This document shows, one piece after another, positions 1-13,278 of a DNA stretch of 23,834 bases. The notes under the pieces were generated by a model, which saw only the letters and a program-made list of their open reading frames with translations, made no database searches and had not been told where the DNA came from. The stretch is from Catajapyx aquilonaris (taxonomy: Eukaryota), in assembly GCA_000934665.2 (NCBI GenBank), contig KZ538326.1, positions 62,001 through 85,834 of the forward strand, read 5' to 3'. Within the stretch, counting starts at the first letter, position 1. Every line of letters begins with the position of its first letter. The position numbers were made by a program, and so were the translations under genes.

Positions 1-3000
1 ATTGAATGTCCGACACTCTCTTGTTTAACTAACCAATTAACGCGACATGTTTTTGGCAGAATCCAGGGGGAAGGATGCAAACCTCAACTGGTGTGCCTTG
101 CTAATTTACCCTCTTCAAAGTAATTAATTGGGGGGCAATTCTACCACTGTTGGCGCCAAACACTCGTTCGATGAGAACACTGCAACTATATCGGCAAACA
201 GTAGGTTTTGAAACCCCCTGTGCATTTTTCTCCCGGACCGTTTAGAACTCGAAACAATGGCTATCCTATATCCTGTTTACCGATACGTTAGTACAAAACA
301 GGAAACCGTATAACTCTAAAAGCGCACGCAATATATTCAGCACTCTGGAGAATTACGTTTCAATCAACTGACGCGTGTGATTCTGGCGAAAATTGATGCC
401 AATCAATGCGGCTCACATCGCCGGGTATAAAGTAAATACAATTGCAGCACAACAGCACAATCATTGAACAAATCATGCGCCCACTATGTACGCCCGCTTA
501 ATTAAAATTGTGTGTGTGTGTTTTTTTAAAAAAAACTCATCCCACCACCCACTGGTGTTTGCCACACCGATAAAAGAGATGGTTGGTTAGCAATGGTCAT
601 TAGAGACCCCGATCTGTACACACGAGGCCTATGCGGTTTTACTATAAATAATAAGTGCGATATGGGCAAGCGGGAATGAAGGGAATCCATTATCGGATGA
701 AGCCCGGTTAGCATCACCTGTCGACAACATGAGCAAGAAGCGTGTGCGATAACGCGTTTTGTTATTCATTTCGTCACAGTTAATCCTCTTACGAGTCAGG
801 CCAGCAGCAGCCCCAGCATCTCCCGGCCGTAAACACCAGGGCATTAAAATAACGTTACTCAGGCGGGGAGAGAGCGGTTATCAAACGCGTCCCAAACGCC
901 GCGATTCGCCTTTAGAATCCCTAATTAGTTTACGCTGCTGCGGCCATATTTAAGTCTCGGCTTCCGCGCGCGTGTGTGTATGCAAAAGCTTATTCAGCAA
1001 CCAATGCAATACAAATGCACATTTCATGTTGGCTATACCTGCACCTACAGGCACTCGGGTGTGACTATGGGGGGCGCTAGACAATGAGGCTAAATAGTCG
1101 AATCGATTGATGCAGTCGTCTCCTGCCATTGTCTGAGGACAAATATAGCTGGCCAATTCCACATCGAACGGTGCAATCAAGGAGGCATGTCTTCAATCTG
1201 TTATTGTATCTCTGGCCTGTTGTCAAATCACAATGCAGTCGAACCGACTGACACTCCTATCGTCCTTGAAATCGTACCGTGTGACCTAGGTTTCTGCTTA
1301 GATGTGCCCTACACTATTTTTACCCCGTACTTGGCTCCCTTAACGTAAGCACATGCGGTCAGCTGACGGTAAACAATAGCACCAGTCCCTCAAAGTGGAC
1401 GGAAAACACGGCAACCATAATGTACACATCCGATCCAAGTACCGGCCAGTTCATTACATGCGCAAATGGAGCGCACTGCAGCTTCACCAGAGGATTCCAG
1501 GGAGTGTGTCAAGCATGGCATTCGTCTTGATTCACCCTCTTTTTCACACAAGTCCGGGGGGCTTAAGACGCTGGACGCGAAAGGCATAGGGAAGGCCTTA
1601 CAGCCTTCCCGCCACAAATTCCCTAATCCTATAAGACCAAAATATGGATCCTCCAGTCCATGGACCAAGACACCCCCGCCTGGGCTTACCACTATATTCC
1701 TAAGCATGGTGCTGCAGAATACACCACCATCATGCAAGTTCTCCACTAATCTAAAAGTGGCAATTCAGCGTTAACGGTACTGTCGGTCACAATGGACGAG
1801 CCTGGATCAAGAGGGATTCCCTGCGCTGGCCTTTTACCTAACAGGATCCGCCAATTTCCCCCCGCACACGGAAATGAAGCATGGACCATAAAGTGACGCA
1901 AAATCATTTATGGAGATCTCTTTTTTCCTAGTTTCCTGCCTATTCATTCGAACGATGCAGCCGATGCAGCAACCTGGTTCAAAAAAAAAAAAAGTGCACC
2001 GGTCCTTTGTGAAATGCGCTAATCGTCTTCCACTCTTGCCCCAATTATTGCCTGGCTTTTCTAACCGGTGGTCGAGTCTCGACCGCGACTGCATAATTAA
2101 TTATCGCCTAGGAATTTGGTTTGAGGGGGGGCTATATGAATTTTACGCCTGTCTATCACCTGAGCATCTGCCAGTGGATCTCCAATAACCGCATACTAGT
2201 CAAGTAAACCCCGGAACGCCTAGCGTGGGGATCTGGCCAAAGTGATGGATCACCCGGTATTATTTTTTTTGGTATTAAGCTGGGTCTCTAACCATTGGGT
2301 ATAGTTGTTGCAGGGCACTTGTCCAACCTTTTGACACTACACCGCAACTATATTTTTGGCCCGAATTCCCATGTGTTGAAGCTGCACGGTATGCAGTGCC
2401 GCGGATTGCCACAAAACCAGCTATTTCACCCAAAAATTCGTCCAGTATTCGAAATTCCAAGCCTTGCATGTTGAACAAGCTTGTGAACCGTCTTGCACAT
2501 CATAACACAACATCCGACGGGCAAGCAGGTATGGTTTTTGCAAGGGGCAAGGCGAACAATTTGCTTGCAAATTCCTGATCGGCATATTTACGGGTAGGAA
2601 ACTGGTGGCTAGGAAACGAGATCCACCTCGGCTGCTGGCTTCCGTAAAAGCCATGCAACGGGCCCCATTCCTTGTCATGTTTATCCCATGAGACGAGGCA
2701 GCACCAATAGGCCTTCTTTTTGACACAAACCGAGCGCGCATTTTTCTAGGCTCCGATCATCAAACGTTCACGGCATGCAGGCACCAGCATTCTTGCAGAA
2801 TAATGTTATCTTCCTATATACTCACCAGACATGCTATCGTTACCCTTCACTTGACTCTAGAGGAGTTTCATTGCCTCGTTCATTCCGCCAGAGGATAAGA
2901 CGCTACGTGCAAGACTACCAATTTCGTCCTACGTGCGGCGTTCTGTCGAGTACTCAGTCTGCGAGTAATGATGTTCGTACGAAGGAGGGATCAGGTTGTT

Positions 3001-3106
3001 TCATACCTGACGTACGATGATGATCAGGCATGGGGGTAGAATTTGAAAGGGATGTTGATATGCTCTACAAAGACAGTCCAAATAGTTTTACACTTTTTCG
3101 AAGAAT

Positions 3107-3182
3107 AAAAAAGTCTCATAGAACGGCTCTGTCTGTCTTGGACAGGTATCAGACAGACATAGCCGTTCTATAAGACTTTTTT
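3107..3182. repeat. Inverted repeat (hairpin), 32-bp arms, 12-nt loop
   Basis: aaaaaagtctcatagaacggctctgtctgtct (3107-3138) is the reverse complement of agacagacatagccgttctataagactttttt (3151-3182) with 2 mismatches. Confidence 0.95.
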
Positions 3183-3478
3183 CGAGCCCCCTGGCTGCCC
3201 CCTCCCCCACCACCCCCTACTCCTGACGGCCCATTCCCCCCAGACCAGACAGAGCCGTCCTATAATACTTTTTTTTCGATTTTCGGGTTCCGGGTTCACT
3301 CTATCCGCCCCCTTCCCCCTAGCTGCTCCCTCCCCCTGACCGCCCATTCTCCCCCAGACCAGACAGAGCCGTGCTATAAGACTTTTTTCGATTTTCGGGT
3401 TCCGGGTTCACTATATCCGCCCCTTCCCCCTAACCTCCCAGTCCCCCCACCGCCCCATCCCCCTGATCACCATTTCCC
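3151..3478 (+). repeat. C-rich minisatellite, ~3 units of ~90-120 bp
   Basis: Motif agac(c)agacagagccgtNctataaNacttttttcg recurs at 3151, 3242 and 3356. Units 2 and 3 also share attttcgggttccgggttcactNtatccgcccc. All units have C-rich spacers. Confidence 0.9.
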
Positions 3479-3496
3479 GAGGGGTTAGCAACTCCC

Positions 3497-3575
3497 TGGA
3501 ACCGGCGTACACACTAGACAAGGAACCGGCTTGGAACCGGCCTGGAACCACCCGGTTCCAGGATCTGGTGTACAC
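3497..3575. repeat. Short GGAACCGGC repeat cluster with small hairpin; possible DNA-transposon/MITE remnant
   Basis: ggaaccggc at ~3498, 3522 and 3533; stem cctggaacc/ggttccagg at 3541-3562; gtacac on both sides. Confidence 0.5.
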
Positions 3576-5419
3576 TTTTTTGGGGACAATAGCAGCAAAC
3601 ATGAAAAAGTCTACTCTAATCACGCTCACGTGATTTGCCAATCTTGTTTAGATACATTCTGCCAACAACAGCAACAGGGCGCGAGCCAATCATGAAAAGT
3701 GACTGGGGAGCCAACATTACAAGTTGAAAATATATATAAAAATAATTTATTACTAGATTTAGAATTGGTAGAAGCTACTAGAATTCTACCACAACCCATG
3801 ATACTCAAGAAATAAAGGGACTAGTGCAGTGCACCACCCGGTATATTGTTACCAACTTTCCCCAACGCCAGAGTAATTTGGGATTGATTATATTATAAAT
3901 TAACATTTTAAAGGCTCATTTCTCTCGCCATTTAAAGCTGCTGAAGTGGAGAAGCGAGAGGGCTTCGCCGTTATTCCCTCCTCAACCCCCCAAACACTTT
4001 GCTCAAATTTTTAATTTTCTCCAAAGACGTAGACCGGCTCCCAATATATCAGCATAATTTTTTGGCGAACTTCCGATAGTCGAGGTTCCAGGCTCAACGT
4101 GAAAATGTTGATCAGTGCACGGAGCTCTGACCCAAAAATTGAACCGCAGCGCCAGCGTATTCGCCAAGAACTCTCCCCTACTCCTTTTGTACTCCCAGCT
4201 AGAATCTTAAAATTCCGCTTGAAGTCTAACAAAGCTCTCCAGAAAGACGCATTTGCATTTTCATATCCGTATCTAATCTCCTTTCGGCTCGGTCCCAAAA
4301 CATTTTTATCGATCATCGTATATCTACATTACGCCAGCGATTTCGGGGAACTCCACAACCTCATCCATATGTAAATGCGTTACAGGACAGCGTTACCAAT
4401 AATTTGTCAGCCAGCAACAATGCTGCATGTAATTACATCACGAGTCCACCCCCCCCCCCCCTTTAAAAAAAAATGTCGCTTCCAATAGACATCCTACAGT
4501 CCCATGTACTGTGCAGACTCCCCAAAATGCACAAGTTGTATAGTGCTCCACTTTCTCGGAGAACCCGACAAGGGAATTTTTCCTTGTTCTTGTCACGTCC
4601 ACCTTCTAGTCTCCAACCTCGTGTTTCCTAGTCTTTTTAGTCCCAAGCCTCTCGTTCCCAATCGGTCCGGACCGCATTTTGCGGCCAAAAAAAGAAAAAA
4701 AGGGTGGGGGGTGGGGGGGGGGGGGAACGAAGGAGAGCACCTCGCTCATATAGCTGCCAGGCCTCCACGTGTTGCATTCCAAAATCGACACCCACTGCCC
4801 CTGCCCCTATACGTGCAGCGAATTTCATTCCCACCCAAGCTAAATACGTTCGGACTAATTGTACGTACCGCACATGGAGCTATCAATTCGTCCAATCGGC
4901 ACGATTCTGTGCCAACGGCTTCTATCATATTAGGGGAGGACAGGATGAGGCAGAGAATGTACTGTACGTGCATGCATGCATATCTAATATTCACATTAGC
5001 AGACCGCGAAATGGAGAGTCGTCCAGATGTTGAGACAAAGTAAACATGTTTTCAACATACTGTATTTCCCTTCCGGATGTTTTAGGCACTGTGTGGACTA
5101 ACATATTGTGACAGACTTTTTTTCTACATTTGCAGGAAACTCCGCCTCCGAGAAAGCCCAGTATGAGCTCGGCAGGGTCAGGGTTCGGAATAATTCATAT
5201 CTGAGGGCTTGAGATTTGAGAGGCATGAATACCAGCGCGTGCCCATGACCTATCACAGCCGCAGCACATATCCCTTGAGCAAACTATCTTAGAATAACAC
5301 CATAAAAAAGATATAGTCGTGTTAACATCAATAACAAGCTTGTTTTCTTACCCTCCCGTTTTACTGGCCGGAAATTGAAATATTCATATTGGCAGAACTA
5401 TCTGATTCGCCTTTAAATG

Positions 5420-5547
5420 CAGTAAAACCTCGATATTCTTCAAGGGACCGCCCAAAAGTAGCGTTATATGAGGGAAAAATTTACCTTATGGAAATGATCA
5501 CGGGACCAGAAAATGCGGGAAAGTGCGGTTATATCGAGGTTTTACTG
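5420..5547. mobile_element. Tc1/mariner (pogo/Tigger-type) non-autonomous MITE, 128 bp
   Basis: Perfect 17-bp TIRs CAGTAAAACCTCGATAT (5420-5436) and ATATCGAGGTTTTACTG (5531-5547). The CAGT start is typical of this superfamily. The expected TA target duplication appears decayed (TG / TT). Confidence 0.8.
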
Positions 5548-6157
5548 TTATTTCAAAATTACAGCATAAAAATGATTTTAAAAAGTACGCTCCGACTTCA
5601 TTACACAATTCTGACAACCGTGATTCTGATCGTTATGCATTCAGGTCTTGGTGCGAATAATCCTGCACAAATCCCTCACGCTCGTACAGCATTTTCGGTT
5701 CAGCCCTATTCGCACTCTATCGCGCGACAATATTTCCCTACCATCGATGGGTAACACGCGCATGTATTTCTACAGGGCGCAATTGAATATGCACTCGCAG
5801 CGCCCCTCGGCAGAGCACCATCAATGAATAATTCAGGCAGCCTGAACCAATCGCTGAATTACCCCAGGTATGTAAATCGACTTCCTACCAGCACCCTACC
5901 AGGGTCGTTCACACACTCCATTTTTATATACCCCTCTAGTAGACTATATGGGTGATCTATGTTCCTTGGACCAGTGTATAGTCTGTGGTGACTCTTCGAC
6001 CGCGCTCTTTTGAATAATCCGGCAGTTGAAGGTAGACGAGCCTCAATTCCCAGAGATTAGGCTTGTGTGGCCAACTCGGCGTCGTGTAGTTTTGCCTGCC
6101 GAATCTCCCCGGATGACTTGATAAAGCCAGCACCCCCTACTGTCCCCCTCTTCCCCC

Positions 6158-6166
6158 NNNNNNNNN
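6158..6166. other. Assembly gap (N run); a single N also occurs at 12639
   Basis: N bases next to C homopolymers. Confidence 0.99.
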
Positions 6167-6795
6167 GAATTTCCTGCTCCCCAAGGGATATTACAGCGCC
6201 GGATCTCTCTTTTATTCCTCGCCGAGGTTTTTCAGATAAACCTATATATACCGTCAGGTTCGTCAAATCCTCGACGATTTTAGGGGAGAAAAACGTTGCG
6301 GCGGTCAACAAGTTCTTCTGGAGGGAGTCGCGGCCACATATGATGGCCTCCTTTCAGATGGTGGTCATATAGCATAATCCCTACTGCGAGTTAGCTTTGA
6401 TTAAATATTCAAGCAAGAGAATCGCACCCCTTATTAATTTTGACGACATAAGTTCTGAGAGCTTTGGACCGGAGCCGCCTGTACAATGTACACACCGTAA
6501 ACGCTTCATTTATTAGCATACTGGTCGCAAGCTGTTGCTTAAATATTCCCATAGCATTTACATGCCGTAATTAAAAATAAACTGGTACGTGCAAGATTGG
6601 CTTTATCAAAGCAGTAGAAGAGTGGTTGTCCGATAGTATTCATACATGTGCTGAGCTAATAAGCTATGTGCCGAGCCGGGTTTTTTTTCTCTTGAAAACT
6701 AGATAATAGTATGGCGCAATTGATAGTTTATCATTACCTAATGGTTGACTGTACTAGAATGCTTATGGAGCATCAACAACTTATGGAGTATGCTT

Positions 6796-7152
6796 AATAA
6801 TCATAATCATAATCATAATAATCATAATCATCATCCTGGGGTAGTGCTTCCACCCCCATATGGGGGTAGTTCGAAGGTACATTTCGGTGCCTATTGATAG
6901 CAGCGCCCGGGCCCACGGGCAGGATGACAGGAGGGGATGTGCAAAGTGCAGTGCAAAGTTTCTAACATGGTACATAATTTGTGAACTCCCCCGGGTGGAT
7001 ATGTCTAGCGGAGATTCCACCCGAGACGAAGCCAGAGACGACCCTACCCTGCACGAGATGAAGGGGGGAACCCCGGCCGGGCTGGGATCGAACCCGGGAC
7101 CTTAACATCCGTGGGCGCATATGTTACCGCAGCGCCACTCCCCCTCCCCTTT
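6796..7152 (-). mobile_element. Full-length tRNA-derived SINE (copy A) with (ATG/ATT)n tail
   Basis: Perfect 18-bp TSD aacttatggagtatgctt at 6778-6795 and 7153-7170. Minus-strand Pol III A box TGGCGCTGCGG (7137-7127) and B box GGTTCGATCCC (7094-7084). Simple-repeat tail at ~6796-6834. Head and core homologous to 22621-22833. Confidence 0.93.
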
Positions 7153-10100
7153 AACTTATGGAGTATGCTTCATTGCTTGATATGCAGCGTAGTTGAGAAA
7201 TTTTTAAAGCCCTAAGCTGCTTACTCGTAGCACCTATCAAATGCAATACCAGCTAATGACGTCGAATTGAATTCAGGCTGCGGACTGTAATGAATTTCTG
7301 ATATAAATGACCGAAAGGCCTAATTGGCATCAATCGACAAAGCTATATTAAAAACCCATATTTTGCAGCCTGTACTAGTGTACTGCTTACCGCAGGCGTT
7401 AAAATTAATGCACGCACGCAACCTAATATTCGCAGCTATCATTCTACACAACCTCTAAAAGTAGCTGTTCCCAAGAACCTGCTTAAAATCGCTAACAAAA
7501 ATACGACATCTCAATATTGTAACACGCTCCATATCAATCAGTACCAGAATATTGGCACTCCTCAAGTAAAAATTTTAAAAATCTATTTTTGTTTGTTTGT
7601 TACATAACTTGAGCTAACCCGATGCAATCGAGCCAACTGATTGACATCAAAGCTCCGCTTATATGCCCCCCTAACTCTTCCGGCTGTGACAGAACGTTAC
7701 CTAGTCCATTCTAATTGCAATCAAAATGTGATTATTGCCCCGTGTGGTCCTCTAATAGCTTGCAAATCCCGCACGTTCGGTCGAATATTTATGTTCACGG
7801 GACAGTGTCCGCTGCGTGGATGCAGCAGGAATTATCCCTACTTTGATTTCAGCATTGCAAAAGAGCGTTCATATTGGGATAGCTGGTGAACAAAGAGATA
7901 TTTCCCATCCCCATTCAACCGTCCCAAAATTCGATATTGGTAATCCACATAATTATACCTGCTCCGGCGGAAAATACAACCATAGTATTAGAGGGCCCAA
8001 ATTAAGTTGAGGCACCATTTCCAGCAACGTTTCACAAGAGTCAATAAGCCAGCAACCTTTTGGGATCTCCTGATCCGGGTAGGGCAGGGACTGGGATCAA
8101 AGTGAAAATACCCGGGTGATTTTGGAATTTTCCTCCAAACCACCCCTGAGGACCTACCACACCAGCAATTCGGCAGGGTTTATTTACCCACAGTCTTCAT
8201 TTTGGCCTGGTGCCCGCCTCAACCGGCTTTTTCCACTCTATGACCATATCTAGTTTCTGCTTACTTTTCCAACTGCTACTCCGGACTCCCCCGAGTTGGA
8301 AGTCGTTTCTACAACTATCGATGCTGGAAAAGTGCATCGGCCTCGATATTAGGTCTCCCTATGGGGGCATCCACATAAAGAACCCTCCAGACTCACTATT
8401 TACCTCCCATATTTCGACCTCATCTCTCCTATACCTTTAATGCGCCTCGGCTTCTCCTTCCAGCTACTTTATAGTCCACTATCAAAACCTCTCCGTGGCA
8501 TACTGCTTCCAAAAGCGTGGATTACATCCTTCAAAAATATTATTCCTTCTGCATGTACTGGTGAAGCATGGTGGTTCGCACACTTCGACCTCGTATCAGC
8601 AGCTTGGGAAGAACAGGCCAAGGGTGCGTTTCAGATACTGCCAAAAACTGCAGAGCCTTGAGCCAGGCTGGCACCGTCTCATGATCCTGGGAACGGGTCC
8701 CATGTTTGGGAATGAGAGAAAAGAATGGGTAAGACGTCGAGAACAAATCGCATGCTGCTGTATTACCATCATCAAGTGCTCAATTATTAGAACCAGTCTC
8801 CCTAGACGTACACACATTTACCACCACGCGTTTATTGCCTGACTATCCTGTGTGACGCCGATGATTACAACCCAACAGGCAAACCCTTTAATTGCGGAAT
8901 AATAGCGGTTGGAAATAAGAAAAAGATTAGCTAACAAACAAGATAAAGTTTTTAAAAATGTCAGGCCTCAATAATTTTCTCGTAAATTAAATATAAGCTT
9001 TTTCGTGCCAATTTTCATAGTGTAGTTATGCGTCCCATTACCTACAGGCCACATCCACATTTAAGAAATGTATTTTTAAAATGCATTCTCGCTCTTGCCT
9101 GAATAATTCATGTCACTTACACACTCAACATGCATACCGTCCATGTGGTTGTCAGCGACTCATCCAAGCCTCCCTCTGGTGGGATCCCAACAAGAGTGAC
9201 GTAAATAAATAATTGCATGAAAAGAGGAGGTGACTACCCTCAAGACTTCATACTGCTGGCAGCACCTGGTAATATTTACTAAGAATATCATTTATGCATG
9301 CTGGAGCACACAGCCCCACACACACTGTAATAAGCCCATTTGGACACTCCCATATGGTATGTACACACAAACACTTTTGCTGGAGCAAGCTTTAGAAACT
9401 GATGCCAGTGAGGAATGTGTGATTGAAGTGGCTCGCAGCCGAAAACCTGACAGTTGGGCCCTTGCACCTAGTGATTGGCACACGTATTATGAAGTTTGGC
9501 CAGCCCCAGCTCTCAAAGAGGGATCTAGCAGAGAAAAAGCTGGGGCCTTCTCCCCTGGACCAGGTCTCTCCCTAGATTCAATTTGGGGGAGGGGGGGGGG
9601 GGCAGGAAAAGCTCAAGCACGGAGTTCGTTTGTCCTCTCTCTCCTGGCCCCTCAGCACTGTCCCAATACGCATTCCCTGTGGCTCCTCATTTTTTATCGC
9701 AAACATAATTTCGACCCAGGAATCATCCCGAGGGGTCCTTTTCCCTGGCTCTGTGACCCACTACCACTCTCTCGCTTTCTGCATGCCGCCGGGCCTGCCA
9801 ACAGAAAAGCAGTCTTGTAAATACGAGCCTCCAAATGACTCCTCAGGGGCTTGCCCTCTCTCTTCAGCAAGGGAACACCGCGCGTTTTATTTACAACCAA
9901 CCGGCTTCGCCTCTGCTGCAATCCCACTTATCTTGCGCAGCCTGTTGGACTCGTTATAAACAACCCAATTATGGTACACTCAAGCTAAACCCCAGTATTC
10001 GGCTCGCCTGGGCTGTGAAACTTATTCCGCCGATCAAACTACCTGGCGGAAAACTCATTCTTCCGACGCTCTTCCGAGGATATATTCACCCTACTCTGAC

Positions 10101-11746
10101 TTTCGACTCACATCGATGTAATCCTTCCGATACCGGTTTAGGATACTGTACCCTATACAGTCACCCAATAGGATTTTATCACTCTAGTATCCTTACAACC
10201 ATGCAAATTGTATCGGGTATTATGTGATACTAAATTTTGCAGTGAAATGCACTAATTTGGTGCATTGTTTATGCACATATGCATACAAAGTTGTGAGTTC
10301 AGCTCTATACGGATGCTATAGGGCTATGGCATCTATGTGGGCACTTAAGGCCCATATACTTGAAGGACCACGTTCGAAGTCAAATGCGGGCCATATACAA
10401 GCATGTACTGATCTTGTTTCCCAGGCCGACGGAATAAGCCCCCATGGTCTGGGCCTCAAAAGATTCATTATAAAGCAAATGCGGGGCCTTTTACGCAGCG
10501 CAATTTGCGACGTGCCAAGATAAGTTCCCGAATACATGGCTGCTGTTAAAATTTATACGGCGATTCGGGTGCTCCTCCGTCCAAAATGGGCGCCCAGGAA
10601 AAGGGAAACGATCCCGGTTCTTACGGGGGAGTTCGGATTTCCCTTTTGTCCGGGCGATTAATCCGCCTGATGGTCCGAATAAGATTAGATGAGCTTCGAG
10701 GTGGGCCTGATTCATAAACGCTTTGACGTCAACTGGGTATATGGTCCCTTGTCTGGCATATAATACCCACACAAATACCCGGATGGGCATATGCATTGTA
10801 TCGTGATAACTACTGATCACACAGGGCGTCCACCTCCAGTATGCAATACCTCGCAACGGTATTTCTGTACACCAAATTGCACATACGCACCTGATTCATT
10901 TGCCTACCAATCAAGGCTCCTGCATTGTTCTAATATTACTCAGACAGGTGCAAATCGCAACTGACTACTTTACCTTGCATTTTTAATGGCACAGTTAGAC
11001 ATGAGCGGCGCCAAAGTGCACGATACACAAGACATTCCATTCTAATCACATCAGCAATGCAAATTGACTTTCAAATCCAAACCGTTAGCTTTGGGGGCTT
11101 CGACACGGTTAGAAAATGAAGTGAACCTCCCCCGGGCCCTTGCACTGTACACAAAACAGCCACGTTCATTACTTCATGTTTCGTCTGATTGAGAGCGTGC
11201 GATAAGTATAGGAAGGGTGCGGAGGGCATGGGAGGAGGGAGGGCGGGGGTGGGATTGTGGGAAAGTGAAAAGTGATTGGCAACAGGAAAGCGTGGGAAAT
11301 CCCCTCAGACAATTCAGGGCCATTTGTCTGTCCAAATGCATCAGACGCGCTTAGTTTTGCACGTTTCCCTCTTCCCACATGTTTATTGCACACGCTGCCG
11401 GCTATCAGACAGCCAACTCGTTTCAAAATAAAAATATGTAGTAAAAATAGTTTGAATTATAACGACCGTATCCGCTCACGCATTTCAATCGCTTCCTGGA
11501 GAAACACTATCATCAAATTGCAACTAAAAATATTTCCCAACTATGTTGATTTTAGCCAGACTTATCATAACTGGCGCTTTTATTATTTATCGGACTAGAG
11601 AATGCGAATCCACATCAGACTGTTTACACGCTGATATGTAAATAATGCGCAATATGTTTGCTAGCTATCCACCCCCTGCAATGAAGATCATATCGTGACT
11701 ATATACCATGCAATCGTTACCTCTCTAGCTGAAACATTAATTCCGA

Positions 11747-11766
11747 TAGACTCGAGCTCGAGTCTA
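11747..11766. repeat. Perfect 20-bp palindrome
   Basis: tagactcgagctcgagtcta equals its own reverse complement. Confidence 0.9.
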
Positions 11767-13278
11767 ATCCAGTGTATTACGCCGGATAGCCAACGCATAG
11801 AACAAGCATTCCAAATTATATACGCCGCCCCCTCCCTGGGAAATTAATGTCTACATCCATATCGTTCACCCATGTTATCAAAATTCCTCGAAACGGGGGG
11901 AGATCAAGAGGATTCCGCTGCAATTACAAAGGCTGTTTTCCTTGCGACCTCACGCACATTACGTTGAGCATACGGTATACTCCCCAAGATTTCATCAACA
12001 CAAACATAAGTTTGTTATCTCCTACCGTTATGCAAAGGAGGTGAGCGTCTACTTGCCAGCACATATATGCGAGTCTTTATGAGAGGATCAATAAGGAAAA
12101 GCGCGGTCGAATGGTAGCACATCTTGGTCTATTCCTTTCCCCCTTAGTAACACGGTCCCCACAATATTCCAGACCATAACGACACCTCATTCTTAGCTAG
12201 TCCCCCAAGTTATGAGCCGTATTTCAGGCGGCGTCGATGACCTTCCGCATTCAGAGGGCTTTGCCCATTGAATTGCCCTCGTTAATGCCGCTAGCTGCTC
12301 TCTAATAAGGCCCCGCTGTTGCTACTACTAACTGAGAAACTCCAGAGAGTCTCAAGCCTGTTTATTTGCAAGATTGCGCACTTGGAAATTGTATGCGCAG
12401 AAAATCCCTCCCCATCGGTTCCGGACACATTGAAATACCCTGGGGCAAATTTGGACCGGACACGAATAATAACGGGGGCCAAAATGTGGATCCCCCGGAT
12501 ATCCCGTGCGGTTCATCCAATTAATTAAAACCTGAAAGTCTCCTGGGGGAGAAAAGTAACGTGGGCTCTCAGAATGGCTTAAAACCTGTCAACAATCCAA
12601 TCACATCTAGTACGGAAATTGCAGGGAGTCCCCCCCCCNCCCCCCCCCCTCAGGGTCTCAGTTGCTGCAATAGTCAAAGGACTAGAAAGGGGAAGATGGG
12701 AGACACAACTGCGCTTTTGATAACTCTTATCACCTGCAGAACCGATGTCCTTGTCAGGCATTTGTAACGCCTCGTTCAACCCTATAGGTCCTTTTTTCTT
12801 CTTCTTTAGGACCAGGGGAAACCTTCAGGCACGAAATCAGTTTCCGTCCTTGCGTCTCAACGCAACTCGATCTGCCAAGTAAATAAGACAGGGCTAAACC
12901 CAAACACAGTTAGCTGTAAGCTCTACCAGCTTTTCTTTCGCCTCTTTTTTTCCCCCCCAACCGCCTTAAGATCCAAGTTTCCCATAGGGATTCAGGGCTT
13001 GTTGGCCACACACGACCTTCAAGAGCTTACAGTCAGAGAATTCTGACACGTGCACAAATTACGTATTACACATTCTAGTGACCTTCTATGTTTGGGGTCT
13101 ATATAAGGCCTACATATAAAAAAAGGGGGGTCACTACTTACATGGGGAATTCAGGCGGAAATTATTGTAGCTGGGAGTTTCAATAATAGAAGCGATTCTG
13201 ATGTTCTTGGCATATAGGGCTAGATGCCACATGAATAGTAGATGGTGCCGTCAGCGTGTTCTTACGGTTTTCACATAC

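Noticed and set aside
2826..3064. Minus-strand coding exon ending CTG|GTGAGT
   Set aside because: Stops in all three frames from the best acceptor, so it cannot be supported as coding.
5352..5363. Minus-strand microexon (ggccag|...|gtaaga)
   Set aside because: Weak polypyrimidine tract; such signals are expected by chance in 24 kb.
9230..9820. Longest ORF (196 aa)
   Set aside because: GTG start, poly-G run, no recognisable domain or exon boundaries; consistent with chance.
12914..13032. MITE bounded by the 11-bp inverted repeat ctgtaagctct/agagcttacag
   Set aside because: The repeat is short, with no TSD and no second copy in the window.
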